Shown here in pieces: positions 47,084 through 50,180 of a DNA stretch of 50,180 nt. The position numbers and the translations under genes were made by a program. The DNA lies in the NCBI GenBank assembly GCA_044224875.1, contig JBGAJQ010000039.1, positions 1 to 50,180 of the forward strand. Reading direction: 5' to 3'. Each line of letters opens with the position of its first letter. The stretch's first letter is position 1. The stretch is from Gemmatimonadaceae bacterium (lineage in GTDB: Bacteria; Gemmatimonadota; Gemmatimonadetes; Gemmatimonadales; Gemmatimonadaceae). The notes below the pieces were generated by a model. It did no database searches. It had not been told where the DNA came from and saw nothing but the letters and a program-made list of their open reading frames with translations.

Positions 47084-48214
47084 CGGCTTCTTTTTGCGGA
47101 GGACTCGGAGCTGCACTTCGCGGCTCCGTGCTACGCTGAGCGCACGCCAGAGCGCGACGGGCTCTGCGACGCCACTGCCGTTCGCGGACAGAATGACATC
47201 GCCGCCGCGTAACCCGGATGCCTCGGCGGGTGTGCCGGGCAGGACGCGCAACACGAGCAAGCCGCGGTCTGCGCCAAAGGGCTCACCCAGTTCCGCATTG
47301 AGTCCGGTCACTGACGCCCCGGCGATCGTTCCTTCGCCACTTTGGCTGAAGGAAAACCCAATGGGGCCGAGACCGGGTGCGACACGCGCGGTGGCCGGTG
47401 CCGGTGGGGTTGGTACGCGCACGATGCCTGGCGCGGCGGCCACCGGAGGTTCGGGTGGCAGCGGGGCATCAGGAACGCGGAAGAACACGTCTTCGTCCGG
47501 GACCTCTCGCAGTGCGTCGGCAATCGACTGATCGATCCAGCGGCACGAGTCGAAGCTGTCGGGGCGGCGTTCGACCGCCACCTGCAACGTGCGTGACTCC
47601 AGTCCGCGGCGTACGCGCATCGGTACCTGCGCGCCGGGACGCAGCATCTCCCCTACCCGAAGATTGGGTGTTCGCACATCACGGTTGTTCAGGCTGAGCA
47701 ACCGATCGCCAGCTTCTACACCGGCCTTTTGCGCCGGCGATCCCGGCTCCACGGAGACAATCTCGGGGTATTCGAGATACCGAGAAGTCACCTCGCCGTT
47801 CTGGTCACGCTTCAGCTCCACATCGCTGTCCAGCACGATGCCGAGCCATCCGTCGGGCCGTCGATTCTCCAGACACAGCTTGCCGAGTTCACGCCGCAGC
47901 TCGGCGCCCTCATTGCCGGTGGTCACCAACCGCACGCGGAGTGTTCGCAGTTGCTGCTCGATGCCGCGGCGGCCTGCCTCGTCGCTGACACGTTGCAGCT
48001 GTCCGGTCAGGCCCTGCAGAGATCGCACCAGCACCAGCTGCATTCGCTTCTTCTCGACCAGCTGACGTGCCACGCGCTGGACCTCGGCCTCGAACCCACC
48101 GGGGCCAACGCTGCGCACGAAGACCTGCTCGCTGTCCGCTTGCGCATGCGCTGCCGCCGCCGAGACAACCAGAGTGAATACGGCGCTAGCCGCTCGACGG
48201 CTCAACCGTCGCAT
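47060..48214 (-). CDS. Exported tandem-PDZ protein without a protease domain
   Basis: Signal peptide, coiled coil, GWLGI...VEPGSPAQKAGVEAGD, Pro-rich linker, VLPGTPAEASGLRGGDVI. Confidence 0.85.
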   Translation of the reverse strand: MRRLSRRAASAVFTLVVSAAAAHAQADSEQVFVRSVGPGGFEAEVQRVARQLVEKKRMQLVLVRSLQGLTGQLQRVSDEAGRRGIEQQLRTLRVRLVTTGNEGAELRRELGKLCLENRRPDGWLGIVLDSDVELKRDQNGEVTSRYLEYPEIVSVEPGSPAQKAGVEAGDRLLSLNNRDVRTPNLRVGEMLRPGAQVPMRVRRGLESRTLQVAVERRPDSFDSCRWIDQSIADALREVPDEDVFFRVPDAPLPPEPPVAAAPGIVRVPTPPAPATARVAPGLGPIGFSFSQSGEGTIAGASVTGLNAELGEPFGADRGLLVLRVLPGTPAEASGLRGGDVILSANGSGVAEPVALWRALSVARSREVQLRVLRKKKPLVIALRW

Positions 48215-48254
48215 CACAATCTCTGAATCACTTGCTTGCCGCCGTTGCATCGTC

Positions 48255-48983
48255 TTAGAACCTGGACAATCGGGTGCCGACCGGAAGGGCCCGGCCCAGC
48301 TTGCCTAACGTTGCCTCGCGCGCCCCAAGCGTCGCGAGGTAGATCTGGTTGATGACCGGGTCTTGTGGGGCCTCGTTCAACGCCTCGAGGAAGCTCCCCG
48401 CACTGCGATCGAGCGCCGCCAGCCTCGTCCGGTACTGGTCGGCTGCCGTTTCCGACGTGCTGGTGTCGTGCACCGCCAGGTACGCCGCCGCCCGTTCATA
48501 CTCATCCTGCGAGCGCTGCAACGCGGCCAGCGCATCTTCGGTCGAGCCAAACGAGTTCGCGGTCGACAGCGCCACCGTTTGCCCACCAGCTGCATCCTTC
48601 GGGGCCACGTTCATGTTCCAACGCGATCCGACCACTTCGCGCGGCGTCATCCCGGCCGACCACCGACCAACCAACGTGCCCGATCCCACCAACACCACGA
48701 CCGCGGCCGCACGACGCGCCGTCAGGGTCACCTGCTGCCATGCCGTCGGCCTCGCCGGCTTTGTCGCCACCAAGCCATCCTGTCGCAACCGGGGCGAAAG
48801 CTCATTCCACTGGGTCAACGGCGGCGCAATGCGGCGGCGCTCGTCCGATGCCAGCACAACAAGCTGACGATAGGCGTTCAGCTCGTCCGTGCAGGCCCGG
48901 CAGCTCACCAAATGATCGCGCTCGGCAGCAGTGCCTTCGCTGTCGATCAGCTCGGGAAAGCGCTCAATAGCCAGGTGCGACAT
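48255..48983 (-). CDS. Putative membrane ZAS anti-sigma factor
   Basis: HLVSCRAC, TM AAAVVVLVGSGTLVG, helical C-terminal domain. Overlaps the end of the sigma gene. Confidence 0.8.
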   Translation of the reverse strand: MSHLAIERFPELIDSEGTAAERDHLVSCRACTDELNAYRQLVVLASDERRRIAPPLTQWNELSPRLRQDGLVATKPARPTAWQQVTLTARRAAAVVVLVGSGTLVGRWSAGMTPREVVGSRWNMNVAPKDAAGGQTVALSTANSFGSTEDALAALQRSQDEYERAAAYLAVHDTSTSETAADQYRTRLAALDRSAGSFLEALNEAPQDPVINQIYLATLGAREATLGKLGRALPVGTRLSRF

Positions 48984-49539
48984 GTCCACGTTCAGTCTCC
49001 GAATCGAATCGATCCACCAGATGCGCCAGCAGCTTCCTCAACTTCGCTCGCGCCTTGAATAACTGCGACTTGGAACCACCGGTTGTGATCCCCAGCTCGG
49101 ACGCGATCTCTTCGTGCGTGTAGCCCTCCACATCGTGCATGAGGAACACCACGCGCGCCCCAGGAGACAGCTGCGCCGCGGCGGCCTCGATCGACGCGGC
49201 GAGCATCGACCGATCGCTGGTATGCTCAACGCTCGCTGTGTCCTCTTCGATCTCTGTCTCGATCTTTGCCAAACGACGCGTCCTGCGGAGCGCGTTCAAG
49301 GTTCGATTGACGGCGATCCGGTGCGCCCAAGTCCCGAACTGCGATTCTCCACGGTAAGTCGGCAACGCTCGGAAGATCTGGATCCACACCTCCTGAGCGA
49401 TGTCCGCCGCCGCCTCCGAATCCCCGACTAATCGACGAACAACCGCGTCGATGTGCGGTGCGTGGAGCGACCAAAGCGCTCGCATCGCCCGCTCATCTCC
49501 GTCAATCGCTCGTTGAATCGTTAGCTGATCTGAACTCAT
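48964..49539 (-). CDS. ECF RNA polymerase sigma-70 factor
   Basis: DIAQEVWIQIFR...FGTWAHRIAVN and HDVEGYTHEEIASELGITTGGSKSQLFKAR. Confidence 0.93.
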   Translation of the reverse strand: MSSDQLTIQRAIDGDERAMRALWSLHAPHIDAVVRRLVGDSEAAADIAQEVWIQIFRALPTYRGESQFGTWAHRIAVNRTLNALRRTRRLAKIETEIEEDTASVEHTSDRSMLAASIEAAAAQLSPGARVVFLMHDVEGYTHEEIASELGITTGGSKSQLFKARAKLRKLLAHLVDRFDSETERGHVAPGY

Positions 49540-49954
49540 CGCGTCTCTCTGCAAACTTCGTCACCCCAACGCGTCCGATCGTTTCCCGGTTTCCCATCCA
49601 CGCGTCGTTACTGGGGGGGGGCCGGAGCCGGGATCGACCCGTACACCCCGGCCCGCGTCGGCTCGCCTCATCTTGCCAGATCAGCGGCAAATCCCGGCGG
49701 ATTCGGTCCCTTTGTGTCCGGTGGGGCATCTGTTTCCCGCGTCGACCTATGGCGAAAGGACAGTTTTACCCGCAGTTGAAGGACCCGCAATGAACTTGAA
49801 ACCCGTGCGGATCATAGATGGTACTTGAGGTGTCGAAGTTTAAGATTCATCATTACAACGCAATACGGTAACCGAGCGTACGACTGAGGCCGCTGATGAA
49901 CCGGCGGCGCGGTCCTTGCTCGGTCTTTTCCAGTCGCACTCTGGGAGTTTTGTC

Positions 49955-50180
49955 GTGGTCGCTCCGCTCCTCGCAGCCCTCTTTGTCACCTTCGGCGATG
50001 GCCTTCCCGTCAAGGCGCCGAAGCTGGTGGGCATGTCTGCGGAGCGACTGGCGACCATTGACCGTGTGGTGCAGCGCGGCGTGACTGCCGGTGGCTATCC
50101 CGGTGCCGCCGTTGTGGTCGGAAGGCGCGGGTTCGCCGTCTTCCAGAAGGGATTTGGGCATCTCGGCTGGTCGGAGTCCT
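49955..50180 (+). CDS. Serine hydrolase (beta-lactamase-like), 5' part only, truncated by the window edge
   Basis: GGGAG RBS, then GTG start: MVAPLLAALFVTFGDGLPVKAPKLVGMSAERLATIDRVVQRGVTAGGYPGAAVVVGRRG. Absent from the ORF track because there is no stop in the window. Confidence 0.75.
   Translation, partial: MVAPLLAALFVTFGDGLPVKAPKLVGMSAERLATIDRVVQRGVTAGGYPGAAVVVGRRGFAVFQKGFGHLGWSES

Noticed and set aside
521..48310. CGTTAGG copies as CRISPR, REP or telomere-like repeats
   Set aside because: The copies are isolated 7-mers, irregularly spaced and mostly inside genes. There is no array, spacer pattern or hairpin.
49893..49925. CTGATGA hammerhead-ribozyme core
   Set aside because: No GAAA follows the putative stem II, so the catalytic core is incomplete.

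Overview
A GC-rich, gene-dense bacterial chromosomal segment with about 44 CDSs. The gene families (ADOP permease with PadR, plug-only proteins, Ig-like/LVIVD secreted proteins, several ECF sigma/anti-sigma pairs) suggest a Gemmatimonadota-like genome; this is an inference. Recognisable genes are pdxH, rsgA, proline dehydrogenase, fadI/fadJ, greA, a deoxyhypusine-synthase-like gene with a LOG gene, queG, glgB and several peptidases/hydrolases. I saw no rRNA, tRNA, CRISPR array, integrase or transposase. Main observations: (1) the non-palindromic heptamer CGTTAGG/CCTAACG occurs at least 31 times, on both strands and in several reading frames, often through otherwise rare TTA/CTA codons. (2) A four-gene ECF operon has glycogen/starch-binding CBM48-like domains on both its anti-sigma and a barrel-like protein. 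(3) Three secreted Ig + beta-propeller paralogues share a conserved four-His putative metal site. (4) A promoter-proximal terminator-like hairpin lies in the greA leader. (5) There are candidate CsoR, PadR and ECF regulatory sites, two genes lacking a canonical start codon, and an indel-riddled padR. All calls come from reading the sequence by eye; no searches were run.
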